Numbered from the stretch's first letter, positions 29,344 to 38,923 are shown. The stretch is 64,000 nucleotides of DNA from an uncultured Planctomycetales bacterium (GCA_964499685.1 CAZCLW010000003.1:16042-80041), one strand, 5' to 3'. The notes: generated from the sequence alone by a model not told the origin. Made by a program: numbers and translations.

Positions 29344-30450
29344 GTGGTCAAAAGAAAATCCGTCAAAAAGATATTCCTTTCCTCCATACACCAGAATGCC
29401 GGCAAGACCACTATCGCCCTGGGCCTTTACAACATGTTAAAGGGCCGGAAGGTCAAAACAGCGTTCATGAAGCCGGTCGGCCAGCAATATGTCCACGTCG
29501 GGGAATACGACATCGATAAGGACTCTTACCTCATCAGCTCCATTTACCATTACCGCAAAAATATCAAGGCCATGAGCCCGGTCACCATCGGCAAAGGCTT
29601 TACCGAAAAATATGTCTTTAATCCGCATAGCGAGGACCTGCGCAGCAAGATCCTGCAGTCGTTCAACAGTCTGGTGCGCGGCAAAGACGCCATTATCATC
29701 GAGGGGACCGGGCATGCGGGAGTGGGGTCGATCATCGACTTTTCCAATGCCGATGTGGCGAGCCTCCTGGGGGCCAAGGTCATCATCGTCAGTGAAGGCG
29801 GTATCGGAAAAAGTATCGACGAGATCATGCTGAACAAAGCCCTCTTTGACCTCAAAGGCGTGGAAGTCCTCGGGGTCATCGTCAACAAGGTCCGCCCGGA
29901 AAAATATGACAAGATCAAAAAGACCGTGGATCAGGGATTAAAGAACAAGAACATGCGGCTGCTCGGCGTTCTTCCGGAAGACCCGCTTTTGAAGGCTCCG
30001 ACCATCGACCAGATCATCGCGCCCCTGGACCTAAAGCTGTTGTGCGGGGAAGAAAGCCTGCACCGGCGTTTTCACAGCACGATCGTTGCCGCCATGGAAC
30101 CGCATAACATGATCAATTATCTTAAAGAGGGGACACTGGTGCTTATCTCCGGCGATCGCGTCGATAACATTATGGTAGCGGTCAGTTCCTATCTTATCAC
30201 GCGTGGCCAAGTCAATTTGATCGCCGGTGTTATCCTGACCGGCGACCTGCTGCCTAACCCCAAGATCCTGGAAATGCTTAAAAAAAGCCATGTGCCCGTC
30301 CTGCTGGCCCAGGCCGATACTTATACGGTCGCGGCCAAACTCGAACATCTTATCTGCAAGATACAAAAGACCGACAAGGATAAGATCAAAGAGGCCGTGG
30401 AGCTGGTCAAAAAACACGTCGATATTGATATGATCCTCAACCACGTCTGA
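29344..30450 (+). CDS. standalone phosphotransacetylase-N-terminal-like protein (AAA_26 P-loop domain + DRTGG domain); GTG start
   Basis: P-loop SSIHQNAGKTTIALGL (BioD/CobQ-like). C-terminal LISGDRVDN matches the DRTGG motif. No Pta catalytic domain follows. Confidence 0.55.
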   Translation: MVKRKSVKKIFLSSIHQNAGKTTIALGLYNMLKGRKVKTAFMKPVGQQYVHVGEYDIDKDSYLISSIYHYRKNIKAMSPVTIGKGFTEKYVFNPHSEDLRSKILQSFNSLVRGKDAIIIEGTGHAGVGSIIDFSNADVASLLGAKVIIVSEGGIGKSIDEIMLNKALFDLKGVEVLGVIVNKVRPEKYDKIKKTVDQGLKNKNMRLLGVLPEDPLLKAPTIDQIIAPLDLKLLCGEESLHRRFHSTIVAAMEPHNMINYLKEGTLVLISGDRVDNIMVAVSSYLITRGQVNLIAGVILTGDLLPNPKILEMLKKSHVPVLLAQADTYTVAAKLEHLICKIQKTDKDKIKEAVELVKKHVDIDMILNHV

Positions 30451-30454
30451 AACA

Positions 30455-31171
30455 ATGCTGATCGAAGAAGACAAGAATTATTTCATTAATAACCCGATCT
30501 TCGTCAAATATAAGATCGGCTTTGATTTTGCGAAGTTTGCGCGCGTGAAGTCGCTAAAGTCCGTTTTCATCAATGAGCGGATCATTGAGATCCCCTTCGC
30601 CATCAGTTGTCTGCAGGGAATCCCCAGGGACAGCCGCGTGCTGGATTTAGGCTGCACGGAAAGTGTGTTGCCGCTTAATACCGCTTGCCTGGGGTATAAG
30701 ATCACAGGGTTGGATTATAGGCCCTATCCTTATTATCATCCCAACCTGACCGTCGCCCAGGGCGATATTTTAAAACTGCCTTTTAAAAATGAAACGTTCG
30801 GGGCGGTCTTTTGCATTTCCACGATCGAACACGTCGGGATCGGTTTTTATGCGGATCCCGCCATGGCCGCCCAGGCGGATAAAGAGGCCATTAAGGAAGT
30901 TTACCGGATCCTGAAACCCAAAGGGCTTTTAGTGCTGACCGTACCGTTCGGGAAGCCCCAACAGACGCCTCAGCAGCGCATCTATGACCGCGAAAAATTG
31001 CGGGAATTGTTGCGTCATTTCAAAATTTGGGAAGAGCGTTTCTTCGGTAATTTTGTCAAGAACGGGAACCAGGCCAATTTTTGGAAAGAGATCGAGCGCC
31101 AGGAAGCCGAGCAGGTCAGTTCGCCCGCCAGGACGGAATGCGTTTGTCTGCTTAAGGCTTTCAAAGCGTAA
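30455..31171 (+). CDS. class I SAM-dependent methyltransferase
   Basis: Motif I-like VLDLGCTES. Post-motif-II ETFGAVFCISTIEHV. Confidence 0.55.
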   Translation: MLIEEDKNYFINNPIFVKYKIGFDFAKFARVKSLKSVFINERIIEIPFAISCLQGIPRDSRVLDLGCTESVLPLNTACLGYKITGLDYRPYPYYHPNLTVAQGDILKLPFKNETFGAVFCISTIEHVGIGFYADPAMAAQADKEAIKEVYRILKPKGLLVLTVPFGKPQQTPQQRIYDREKLRELLRHFKIWEERFFGNFVKNGNQANFWKEIERQEAEQVSSPARTECVCLLKAFKA

Positions 31172-31199
31172 ACATCCTTCCAATTTGTCGAAAAATTCA

Positions 31200-31228
31200 T
31201 TGACGCGATTTTGGCGATATGTTACGAT
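31200..31228 (+). promoter_or_regulatory. sigma70-like promoter TTGACG-N17-TACGAT for the nqr operon
   Basis: Hexamers and spacing read directly in sequence. Confidence 0.5.
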
Positions 31229-31261
31229 GCAGTCTCAAATTCGTAGCAATTGACAATCAAT

Positions 31262-31281
31262 GACTGATCGATAGATCAGTC
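31262..31281. promoter_or_regulatory. perfect palindrome GACTGATC-gata-GATCAGTC (candidate operator) between the promoter and nqrA
   Basis: Seen directly. 8-bp arms, 4-bp spacer, 20 nt before the nqrA ATG. Confidence 0.5.
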
Positions 31282-31301
31282 TCTTTATTTTAGAGGTATG
31301 T

Positions 31302-32651
31302 ATGGGCACTTTTTATATCCGCAAAGGCAAGGATATAAAGCTTAAGGGCGCCGCAGAAAAAAGGATCGTCCCTTTCTCCGTTCCGTCGAGAGTAGCTATT
31401 CAGCCCCCTGATTTTACCGGTTTTAAGGCCCGCGTTTTGGCCAAAGAGGGGGATTTGGTCAAAGTAGGAAGCCCGCTTCTGGAGGATAAACAGGCTCCCG
31501 AAGTCAAGGTCGCTTCTCCGGTCAGCGGCAAGGTCATAGCTATCGTCCGGGGCGAAAAACGCGCTCTTCTGCAGGTCATCATCGAAGCGGATGGACGTCA
31601 AGAAGCCCACCTTTTCCACAAATATTCTTCCGGCGAGATCCGCAGCTTAAACCGCGAAACAGTCGTCAAGCAGTTATTGGAAGGCGGCCTGTGGCCGGTC
31701 ATCCGCCAGCGCCCGTTCACGAAAATAGCCCATCATCACGATTCCCCCAAATCCATTTTTGTCCATGCCATGAACACGGAACCCCTGGCCGCCGACATCG
31801 ATTTTGTTTTGGAAGGCCGGGAAAACGATTTTCAGGCCGGCTTGAACGCCTTGGGCCGGCTGACCAAGGGAGAGGTACATCTGTGCGTTGACCTTAAGGC
31901 CAAATCTAAAGCCCTGACCCAATCCCAGAACGTCCAGATCCATAAATTTTCAGGCCCGCATCCGACGGGGAATATCAGCACGCATATCCATTATGTCGAT
32001 CCGGTTAAAAAAGGCGATATTGTCTGGTTTGTGGAAGCGCAGGATGTCCTGCGCATCGGCAAACTGTTTGTCGATGGAGTTTCTTCGGGTGAGCGTATCG
32101 TGGCCGTGACCGGTGAGGGGGCCGAGAACCGGGTTTATGCCAAGACCATTATCGGCGCTTCCATCCACAGCCTGCTGGGCGGCAAATTAAAAGCGGAGAT
32201 GCGGTATATATCGGGCAGTATATTTAAAGGAATGGATGCCGGTCATAACGGTTTTTTGGGCTACTATGATTCTCAGATAACGGTCATTCCCGAAGGTGGA
32301 AAGAGGCAGCTCTTGGGCTGGCTCACGCCCGGTTTTGGGGTGTACAGTTTGTCCAAGACCTTTGCATCTTCGTTCCTGCCGGAGCGCCCCGTCACCCTGG
32401 ATACCGATACGCACGGCAGCCATCGAGCCATCGTCATGAACCATGTCTACGATGCCTATGTCACGATCGATGTCATGACATTTTTTTTATTGCGCGCGGT
32501 CATCAGCGGCGATATCGAGGAAGCGGAAAGACTCGGGATTTTGGAATGCGATGAAGAGGATTTTGCGCTGTGTTCGTTTGCCTGCCCGTCGAAGACCGAC
32601 GTGGGGGCGATCATCCGGCAAGGGCTGGACGTCATCGACCGGGAAGGATAA
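31302..32651 (+). CDS. nqrA: Na+-translocating NADH:quinone oxidoreductase subunit A
   Basis: Collinear similarity to Vibrio NqrA (…SPVSGKV…RG…R…; GPHPTGN; LGILECDEEDFALCSFACPSK). RBS AGAGG. Confidence 0.85.
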   Translation: MGTFYIRKGKDIKLKGAAEKRIVPFSVPSRVAIQPPDFTGFKARVLAKEGDLVKVGSPLLEDKQAPEVKVASPVSGKVIAIVRGEKRALLQVIIEADGRQEAHLFHKYSSGEIRSLNRETVVKQLLEGGLWPVIRQRPFTKIAHHHDSPKSIFVHAMNTEPLAADIDFVLEGRENDFQAGLNALGRLTKGEVHLCVDLKAKSKALTQSQNVQIHKFSGPHPTGNISTHIHYVDPVKKGDIVWFVEAQDVLRIGKLFVDGVSSGERIVAVTGEGAENRVYAKTIIGASIHSLLGGKLKAEMRYISGSIFKGMDAGHNGFLGYYDSQITVIPEGGKRQLLGWLTPGFGVYSLSKTFASSFLPERPVTLDTDTHGSHRAIVMNHVYDAYVTIDVMTFFLLRAVISGDIEEAERLGILECDEEDFALCSFACPSKTDVGAIIRQGLDVIDREG

Positions 32652-32655
32652 TCCT

Positions 32656-33840
32656 ATGAAGTGGCTGGAAAATCTTCTGCATAAAGTAGGGACGAATTTC
32701 GAAAAGGGGAAGCCTTTGGCGAAATTCTATCCGCTTTTCGAGGCCATGGATACCTTCCTGCTCACGCCGGGCAAGATCACCCGTAAAGCGCCGTTCGTGC
32801 GCGATGCCGTTGATATCAAGCGGGTCATGGTCTTTGTCATCATTGCGTTGATCCCCGCGACAGTGATGGGCATTTACAATGCGGGGTATCAAATGTTGTT
32901 GGCCCAGAACCAGCCTTTGGATTTTTGGCAGGCCATGCTCCTCGGCGCGCAGAAAGTCCTGCCTATTATCTTCGTTTCTTATGCGGCCGGCGGCGTCTGG
33001 GAGGTCGTTTTCGCAGTCACGCGTAAACATGAGATCAACGAAGGATTTTTGGTCACCGGTCTTTTGTTTCCATTGACACTGCCGCCGGACATTCCTTTAT
33101 GGCAGGTGGCTGTCGGGATTTCCTTCGGGGTTGTGTTCGGAAAAGAAATTTTCGGCGGCACGGGGATGAACGTCTTTAATCCGGCGCTTGTGGCCCGGGC
33201 CTTTGTTTTCTTTGCCTATCCGGCACAGATGTCGGGCTCGACGGTATGGGTAGCGGTAGATGGTTACACAAAAGCCACACCGTTGGCCGTGGCGGCCGAA
33301 ACCGTGCGCGGTGGTTCCGCGGTCCAGGCCCTGACCAGCGCGGGGTTCACCTTTGAAAATCTTTTTTGGGGCTTTGTGCCCGGTTCTATCGGCGAAACAT
33401 CGGCCGCGGCTTGCTTGATCGGCTTAGCGTTTTTATTAATTACGCGGGTGGCGAGCTGGCGGACCGTGGCCGGATGCGTCCTGGGCCTTCTGGCGATAAG
33501 CGGTTTATTCTATATACTTCGCGGACCGGAGCGGTTAGGGTTTTTCAATCTGCCGCCTCATTGGCATCTGGTCCTGGGCGGTTTTGCCTTTGGCGCGGTA
33601 TTCATGGCGACGGATCCTGTTTCTTGCTGTGCGACCGATATCGGACGCTGGATCTACGGATTTTTGATCGGCGCTTTAACGGCGGTCATCCGGGTCCTGA
33701 ACCCGGCCTACCCGGAAGGCGTTATGCTGGCCATCCTGTTCATGAACATGTTTGCCCCGCTGATTGATCACTTCGTTGTTAATGTCCATATAAAGAAACG
33801 CAATGAACGGTTCCAAACAGCAACCGTAAAAACAAAATGA
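32656..33840 (+). CDS. nqrB: Na+-NQR subunit B
   Basis: Polytopic NqrB/RnfD family. FMN-attachment region GGTGMNVFNPAL and conserved TM pattern. Confidence 0.85.
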   Translation: MKWLENLLHKVGTNFEKGKPLAKFYPLFEAMDTFLLTPGKITRKAPFVRDAVDIKRVMVFVIIALIPATVMGIYNAGYQMLLAQNQPLDFWQAMLLGAQKVLPIIFVSYAAGGVWEVVFAVTRKHEINEGFLVTGLLFPLTLPPDIPLWQVAVGISFGVVFGKEIFGGTGMNVFNPALVARAFVFFAYPAQMSGSTVWVAVDGYTKATPLAVAAETVRGGSAVQALTSAGFTFENLFWGFVPGSIGETSAAACLIGLAFLLITRVASWRTVAGCVLGLLAISGLFYILRGPERLGFFNLPPHWHLVLGGFAFGAVFMATDPVSCCATDIGRWIYGFLIGALTAVIRVLNPAYPEGVMLAILFMNMFAPLIDHFVVNVHIKKRNERFQTATVKTK

Positions 33841-34571
33841 TTTTTAACATCAAAAAAGACAATCCCGCCTATCCCTTTATTTTCGCATTGATCGTGTGCG
33901 TTGTTTGCGGTGTCCTGCTTTCCTTCTTTTCGGAGGCTCTGCGGGAAAGGCAAGAGCTTAATGTCGAACTGGATATCAAAAAGAACATCCTCAAGGTCGT
34001 GGGGTTAAGAGAACCTATTCCCGCTGAAGCCGCTCCCCAAGAGGTCCTCAAGATCTACGAAGAAAAAATACATGGTCTGGTCATTGACGAGCAGGGCAAT
34101 GTGGTGGAAGGACGTAAGCCTGACGATATCAAAGAAGGCGAAAACAACCTTCACCCGCTCTATATTTATAAAGAGGGGGAAGAGGTCGTTGCTTACGCGT
34201 TTCCCATGGTAGGCCAGGGGTTGTGGTCGACCCTGTATGGATATTTTTCTTTGGAAAAGGATGCGATAACCGTACGCGGGATCACCTATTATAAACATGG
34301 GGAAACACCGGGCCTGGGCGGGGAGATCGAAAAGGACTGGTTCCAGAGCAATTTCAAAGGAAAGACCATCTATTCTCTCCAGGAAAATAAGCTGACTCCC
34401 ATCGTCGTGGCTAAGGGAAAGGCCGAAGGCCAGGTCTCGGAGGAGAAATTGAAACATTATGTCGACGGGATCACCGCCGCCACGATTACGGGCGCCGGTG
34501 TGACACAGATGATCGAAAGAACTTTGAAGATCTATGAGACTTATTTCAGCAAAGTCCGTCAGGGGGCGTAA
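33837..34571 (+). CDS. nqrC: Na+-NQR subunit C
   Basis: N-terminal TM plus C-terminal FMN-binding domain with DGITAATITGAG (flavinylation Thr motif). Confidence 0.85.
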   Translation: MIFNIKKDNPAYPFIFALIVCVVCGVLLSFFSEALRERQELNVELDIKKNILKVVGLREPIPAEAAPQEVLKIYEEKIHGLVIDEQGNVVEGRKPDDIKEGENNLHPLYIYKEGEEVVAYAFPMVGQGLWSTLYGYFSLEKDAITVRGITYYKHGETPGLGGEIEKDWFQSNFKGKTIYSLQENKLTPIVVAKGKAEGQVSEEKLKHYVDGITAATITGAGVTQMIERTLKIYETYFSKVRQGA

Positions 34572-34640
34572 GGGCACTCGCATCGCATTTTTATCGTGCT
34601 ATAATAGTTTTAGATTGAAATAAGATTTTAAGAAAGAGAG

Positions 34641-35282
34641 GTGGCTGATATGCCAAACACACTTTTATCGAAAACAGAGAAAAAGATCGTCCGTGACGGG
34701 CTATGGGACACCAATCCCATTACGTTCCAGATCCTCGGTATTTGTTCGGCCTTGGCCGTTACCACACAGTTAAAGACATCCCTGATCATGGCTTTGGGCT
34801 TGACGTTCGTGACCTCCATGTCCAACGTGGTCATTTCTCTCATCCGTAATTATATTCCGTCGCAAATCCGTATCATCGTGCAGCTGACCGTTGTCTCCAG
34901 CCTGGTCATCAGCATTGACCAGATCCTGAAGGCCTATTCGTATGAAGCCAGCAAACAGCTGAGCGTTTTTGTCGGATTGATCATTACCAATTGCATCGTT
35001 ATGGGGCGCCTGGAGGCTTTCGCCATGGGTAATCCACCGCGGAAAGCTTTTTTGGACGGCTTGGCCAACGGGCTGGGTTACAGCGCGGTCTTGATCAGCA
35101 TAGGCATCATCCGTGAGATCTTCGGTTCCGGGACTTTGCTGGGGTTTCGCGTGATCCCGGAAGCGGCCTACGCGAGCGGATATGTCAATAACGGCATGAT
35201 GGTTTTGGCGCCGGGGGCATTTTTCTTGCTGGGCATCGTTGTCTGGATCCAGCGTGCTGTTTCCGGATATTCGGAAACTTAA
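34641..35282 (+). CDS. nqrD: Na+-NQR subunit D
   Basis: NqrD/RnfE family: [18 protein letters not shown] and conserved Cys. Confidence 0.9.
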   Translation: MADMPNTLLSKTEKKIVRDGLWDTNPITFQILGICSALAVTTQLKTSLIMALGLTFVTSMSNVVISLIRNYIPSQIRIIVQLTVVSSLVISIDQILKAYSYEASKQLSVFVGLIITNCIVMGRLEAFAMGNPPRKAFLDGLANGLGYSAVLISIGIIREIFGSGTLLGFRVIPEAAYASGYVNNGMMVLAPGAFFLLGIVVWIQRAVSGYSET

Positions 35283-35297
35283 AAAAAGGAAAATACA

Positions 35298-35921
35298 ATG
35301 GATATCGTGCATTACGTGAATTTAGCGATCAAAGCTATATTTGTGGAGAATATCCTTTTGGCGTATTTTTTGGGGAACTGTTCTTATATCGCGTGTTCAA
35401 AGAAGATCGAGACCGCTCTGGGTTTAGGTATCGCCGTTATCTTTGTCATGGTCATCTGCACGCCGGCCTGCTGGGCTATAAAATACTTTCTTCTCCAAAA
35501 AGGCGCCCTGGCCTGGACCGGTATCCCGGCATTGGCTTCTTTGGATATGGCCTTCCTGGTCTTCATTAGTTTCATTGCGGTCATTGCCGCCATGACCCAG
35601 CTGGTCGAAATGCTCGTCGAAAAATTTTCTCCGGCGCTGTACAATTCCCTGGGTATCTTTTTGCCGCTCATCGCCGTCAACTGCGCCATTTTGGGCGCCG
35701 CGCTCTTTATGGACCAGCGCAATTATAATTTTATGGAATCGGTCATTTTCGGCCTTGGCGGCGGTATCGGCTGGGCCTTGGCCATCGTTTCCATGGCCGC
35801 GGTGCGCAAAAAATTGGCTTATTCGAACATCCCGGCCCCTCTGCGCGGGCTGGGGATCACGATGTTGATCAGCGGGCTGATGTCCCTCGGCTTTATGTGT
35901 TTTGCCGGAATACGGTTATAG
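35298..35921 (+). CDS. nqrE: Na+-NQR subunit E
   Basis: NqrE/RnfA family pattern. About 200 aa, 6 TM. Confidence 0.9.
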   Translation: MDIVHYVNLAIKAIFVENILLAYFLGNCSYIACSKKIETALGLGIAVIFVMVICTPACWAIKYFLLQKGALAWTGIPALASLDMAFLVFISFIAVIAAMTQLVEMLVEKFSPALYNSLGIFLPLIAVNCAILGAALFMDQRNYNFMESVIFGLGGGIGWALAIVSMAAVRKKLAYSNIPAPLRGLGITMLISGLMSLGFMCFAGIRL

Positions 35922-35933
35922 AAAAGGAATGTC

Positions 35934-37169
35934 ATGCACCTTTTATTTTATGTCCTGGTTAGCACGGTAGTTTTTACGCTCCTCATCATTCTGCTTGTGG
36001 CCATCCTGTCTTTCATCCGGGCCAAGGTCGTTTCCACCAAGGATTGCAAGATCATTATTAACGACGACCCGGAACCGCTCCATGTGAAGGCGGGCAGCAA
36101 TTTGCTGTTCAGTCTGGCCGACAGCAAGATATTCCTGCCCTCGGCGTGCGGCGGCGGCGGAAGCTGTGCCATGTGCAAATGCCAGGTCTTGGAGGGCGGC
36201 GGGAGTATTTTGCCGACGGAGACAGGTCAAATTAATCGTCGCATGCAAAAGGAACATTACCGCCTAGCCTGCCAGGTGAAGGTGCGTAACGACATGAAGA
36301 TCCGCATTCCCGACGAGGTCTTTCATATCAAGAAATTTGACTGCAAGGTGCGGTCCAACCGCAATGTGGCCACTTTCATCAAGGAGTTGATTCTCGAACT
36401 GCCTGCGAACGAACCCCTGGATTTCAAACCAGGCGGGTATATCCAGATCGACATTCCCGAATACAAAGACTTAAGTTTCAAAAATTTTAGCATCGAAAAG
36501 GAATATCACCCGGATTGGGACAAGTTCAAGTTGTGGGACCTTAAAGCAACCAACGAAGAGGAGATTTTCCGGGCCTATTCCATGGCCAATCATCCGGGCG
36601 AAAAAGGCGTTGTCATGCTCAATGTGCGTATTGCCACACCTCCGCCGAATGACATGTCGCTCCCTCCAGGCAAGGCCTCTTCCTATATTTTTAATCTAAA
36701 GCCGGGCGATAAAGTCACGATCAGCGGTCCATACGGCGAATTCTTTATCAAGGACACCAAGCGCGAGATGATCTATATCGGCGGCGGTGCCGGTATGGCG
36801 CCTTTACGCAGTCATTTGTTCCATTTGTTCCACACCCTTCAGAACCGAGACCGCAAGGTCAGTTATTGGTATGGGGCCCGTTCCAAACGGGAAATGTTTT
36901 ATACAGAAGATTTTGAGAATATCGAGAAGAACTTTTCCAATTTCAAATACAATGTGGCCCTTTCCGCGGCCCTTCCGGAAGATAATTGGAAAGGCATGAC
37001 CGGCTTCATCCACCAGGCCTTGTATGACAACTATCTGAAAAATCATCCCGAACCGGAAGAGATCGAATATTACCTGTGCGGCCCGCCCATGATGATCGCG
37101 GCCGTGCAGAAGATGCTCGATTCCCTGGGTGTGCCCAAGGAAATGATCGCCTTCGATTCATTCGGTTGA
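35934..37169 (+). CDS. nqrF: Na+-NQR subunit F (2Fe-2S ferredoxin + FAD/NADH reductase)
   Basis: N-terminal TM. Ferredoxin cysteines [22 protein letters not shown]-binding motif. [12 protein letters not shown]-binding motif. Confidence 0.9.
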   Translation: MHLLFYVLVSTVVFTLLIILLVAILSFIRAKVVSTKDCKIIINDDPEPLHVKAGSNLLFSLADSKIFLPSACGGGGSCAMCKCQVLEGGGSILPTETGQINRRMQKEHYRLACQVKVRNDMKIRIPDEVFHIKKFDCKVRSNRNVATFIKELILELPANEPLDFKPGGYIQIDIPEYKDLSFKNFSIEKEYHPDWDKFKLWDLKATNEEEIFRAYSMANHPGEKGVVMLNVRIATPPPNDMSLPPGKASSYIFNLKPGDKVTISGPYGEFFIKDTKREMIYIGGGAGMAPLRSHLFHLFHTLQNRDRKVSYWYGARSKREMFYTEDFENIEKNFSNFKYNVALSAALPEDNWKGMTGFIHQALYDNYLKNHPEPEEIEYYLCGPPMMIAAVQKMLDSLGVPKEMIAFDSFG

Positions 37170-37175
37170 TACAGA

Positions 37176-37213
37176 AGAAAACCCTGCACTTAAGGTGCGG
37201 GGTTTTCTTGTTT
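37176..37213. terminator. intrinsic terminator after nqrF (gaaaaCCCTGCAC-ttaag-GTGCGGGGttttc + T-rich), potentially bidirectional
   Basis: 8-bp GC stem with one G·U, extended by A:U pairs, U-tract on both strands. Begins 7 nt after the nqrF stop. Confidence 0.65.
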
Positions 37214-37378
37214 AGGAGAGTTGGCGTCGCATTCCGCGGCCTTTTGAGGGTCGTTCTTGCACAGGCACTCCGGGCCCAAGGAACATCCGCGCTTGAGGAC
37301 TTTTTTGGTGAGGACAAAGCCGATGCCCATCAAGAGAAAGCATCCGGCCAAAATAAGAATGGCGAAGAGTGTATTCAT
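37190..37378 (-). CDS. candidate small Cys-rich membrane protein, NqrM/FeoB-associated-like (unannotated micro-ORF; uncertain)
   Basis: 62-aa ORF from the ATG at 37378. TM helix NTLFAILILAGCFLLMGIGFVL followed by KRGCSLGPECLCKNDPQKAAEC (4 Cys). No obvious SD. Convergent with nqrF. Confidence 0.3.
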   Translation of the reverse strand: MNTLFAILILAGCFLLMGIGFVLTKKVLKRGCSLGPECLCKNDPQKAAECDANSPKQENPAP

Positions 37379-37407
37379 AATTTTAGTATAGGCCAATTTA
37401 AATCAAA

Positions 37408-38673
37408 ATGCAACAGAGCACAAAGTCCACTACATCCTCCCGCCTTTCGAACAATAAGAAACTGCAGATCAGCCAGTCGGAAGAGCTCAAGATCCTGCGC
37501 AAGGTCGTGGATATCACAAGCTCCGCCCTGGAATTGAGCCTTGTCCTGAAGGAAGTGGTCAAGATCGTGACCGAAATGACCTCGGCCGACTCCGTCTTTA
37601 TCTATCTTTTCGACGAGAACCGCGAGCATCTGGTCCTGATGGCCTCCAAAACCCCGCATAAAGAACAGTTGGGGAAAGTGCATTTGAACGTCGGGGAAGG
37701 TATCACGGGATGGGTCGCCAAGGAAAGTAAACCCGTTGCCATCGCGCAGAACGCGTACAGGGACTCGCGCTTTAAGAATTTTGATGTCCTGCCCGAAGAT
37801 AAATACGAAGCGTTTTTGTCGGTTCCCATTATCTACCAGAACCGTGCCATCGGTGTCATCAACGTCCAGCACCGCCGGCCGCATGCCTATGCGGCGAACA
37901 CCGTCAGCCTGATCGTGACGATCGCCAAACAGGTCGGCGGCGTCATCGAACACGCCCAGCTCTTCGAACAGATGAAGAAAAAGGCGACCCAGTTCGACAG
38001 TCTGGTCAAGGTCAGCCAGTCCATCACCTCCGAAGATTATTTGGACGAGATCTTGAGTCTCATCGTCGTGGTCACAGCTGAGATGCTCAATTCCAAGATA
38101 TGCTCCATCATGCTTTTGGACGAAAAAGGCGAAGAACTGGCCATCAAGGCGACCCAAAGCCTGAGCGTGGATTACCGTAAGAAGCCAAATGTCAAAGTGG
38201 ATGCGAGCTTAAGCGGAGAGGTCGTCAAAACCAAGAAGCCCATGGCGGTCTATGATGTCCGGGAGGAGAAGCGCTATTTTTACCGGGATTTGGCCATCAA
38301 GGAGGGATTGACCTCCATGCTGGCCGTTCCCATGATTGTGAAAGAAAAGGCCGTGGGCATCATCAATGTGTACACGCAAAAACCGCACCGCTTTGCGGAA
38401 GATGAGATCAATGTCCTGCAAATGGTAGCCAACCAGGCGGCGGTCGCGGTCCAGAACACGAAATTGATGGAAGAGGCCCTGAAGGCCAAAGAATCTCTGG
38501 AGACACGCAAGGTGGTCGAGCGGGCCAAAGGGATCCTGATGCGGATGAATAATCTGAGCGAAGAAGCGGCCTACAAGGTCATCCACCGAAAAAGCATGGA
38601 TTCCTCCCGTTCCATGAAAGAAATTGCTGAATCCATCATTCTTTTGGATGAACTGCAGAAGGACAAGAAATAA
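37408..38673 (+). CDS. GAF-GAF-ANTAR RNA-binding antitermination regulator
   Basis: Two GAF-like modules (…VFIYLFDE…LVLMASK…GEGITGWVAKESKPVAI… and …ICSIMLLDEKGEELAIKA…GEVVKTKKPMAVYDV…). C-terminal ANTAR-like helix bundle LETRKVVERAKGILMRMNNLSEEAAYKVIHRKSMDSSRSMKEIAESII. Confidence 0.7.
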   Translation: MQQSTKSTTSSRLSNNKKLQISQSEELKILRKVVDITSSALELSLVLKEVVKIVTEMTSADSVFIYLFDENREHLVLMASKTPHKEQLGKVHLNVGEGITGWVAKESKPVAIAQNAYRDSRFKNFDVLPEDKYEAFLSVPIIYQNRAIGVINVQHRRPHAYAANTVSLIVTIAKQVGGVIEHAQLFEQMKKKATQFDSLVKVSQSITSEDYLDEILSLIVVVTAEMLNSKICSIMLLDEKGEELAIKATQSLSVDYRKKPNVKVDASLSGEVVKTKKPMAVYDVREEKRYFYRDLAIKEGLTSMLAVPMIVKEKAVGIINVYTQKPHRFAEDEINVLQMVANQAAVAVQNTKLMEEALKAKESLETRKVVERAKGILMRMNNLSEEAAYKVIHRKSMDSSRSMKEIAESIILLDELQKDKK

Positions 38674-38719
38674 TTTCTCGACGGGAAAAAGTCTTCCGCT
38701 GTTTCGTTAAATTTTTTTC

Positions 38720-38748
38720 TTGACAAAAAACGCGGTGTGGCGTATATT
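38720..38748 (+). promoter_or_regulatory. sigma70-like promoter TTGACA-N17-TATATT upstream of the amt1 leader
   Basis: Consensus -35 and near-consensus -10 with 17-nt spacer read directly. Confidence 0.5.
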
Positions 38749-38786
38749 TTGGTTGCTTAAGTCAATGAAGATTTAAGGCCTTATCC

Positions 38787-38800
38787 GGACAGAGAAGTCC
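38787..38800 (+). promoter_or_regulatory. hexaloop hairpin GGAC-AGAGAA-GTCC (A1/G4 loop; candidate ANTAR recognition element) overlapping the 5' arm of terminator 1
   Basis: Seen directly. The 3' arm GTCC shares nucleotides with the CCCGC arm of the downstream terminator. Confidence 0.35.
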
Positions 38801-38830
38801 CGCCGTCAACGACGCGGGATTTTTTATTTT
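38799..38830 (+). terminator. leader terminator 1 (CCCGCcGTC-aac-GACGCGGG + ATTTTTTATTTT)
   Basis: 8-bp GC-rich stem with 1-nt bulge followed by a U-tract. Confidence 0.55.
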
Positions 38831-38857
38831 GTACGGAAATATTTTTGGGCAAAGACG

Positions 38858-38907
38858 TCCGATGATTTTCTGAAAAGGCAGTCAGAAAGGTCATCGGATT
38901 TTTTTAT
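38858..38907 (+). terminator. leader terminator 2 (TCCGATGATTTTCTGA-aaaggcag-TCAGAAAGGTCATCGGA + TTTTTTTAT)
   Basis: About 15-bp stem (one bulge/G·U) followed by 7 U. Confidence 0.65.
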
Positions 38908-38923
38908 GGGATTCGGGCGCTGA

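Noticed and set aside
37076-37537. 153-aa plus-strand ORF spanning the nqrF terminator and the start of the GAF-ANTAR gene
   Set aside because: It crosses an intrinsic terminator and runs out of frame into the regulator gene. No domain. Spurious.
37375-38157. 260-aa minus-strand ORF opposite the GAF-ANTAR gene
   Set aside because: Antisense to a domain-coherent plus-strand gene. No RBS. Shadow ORF.
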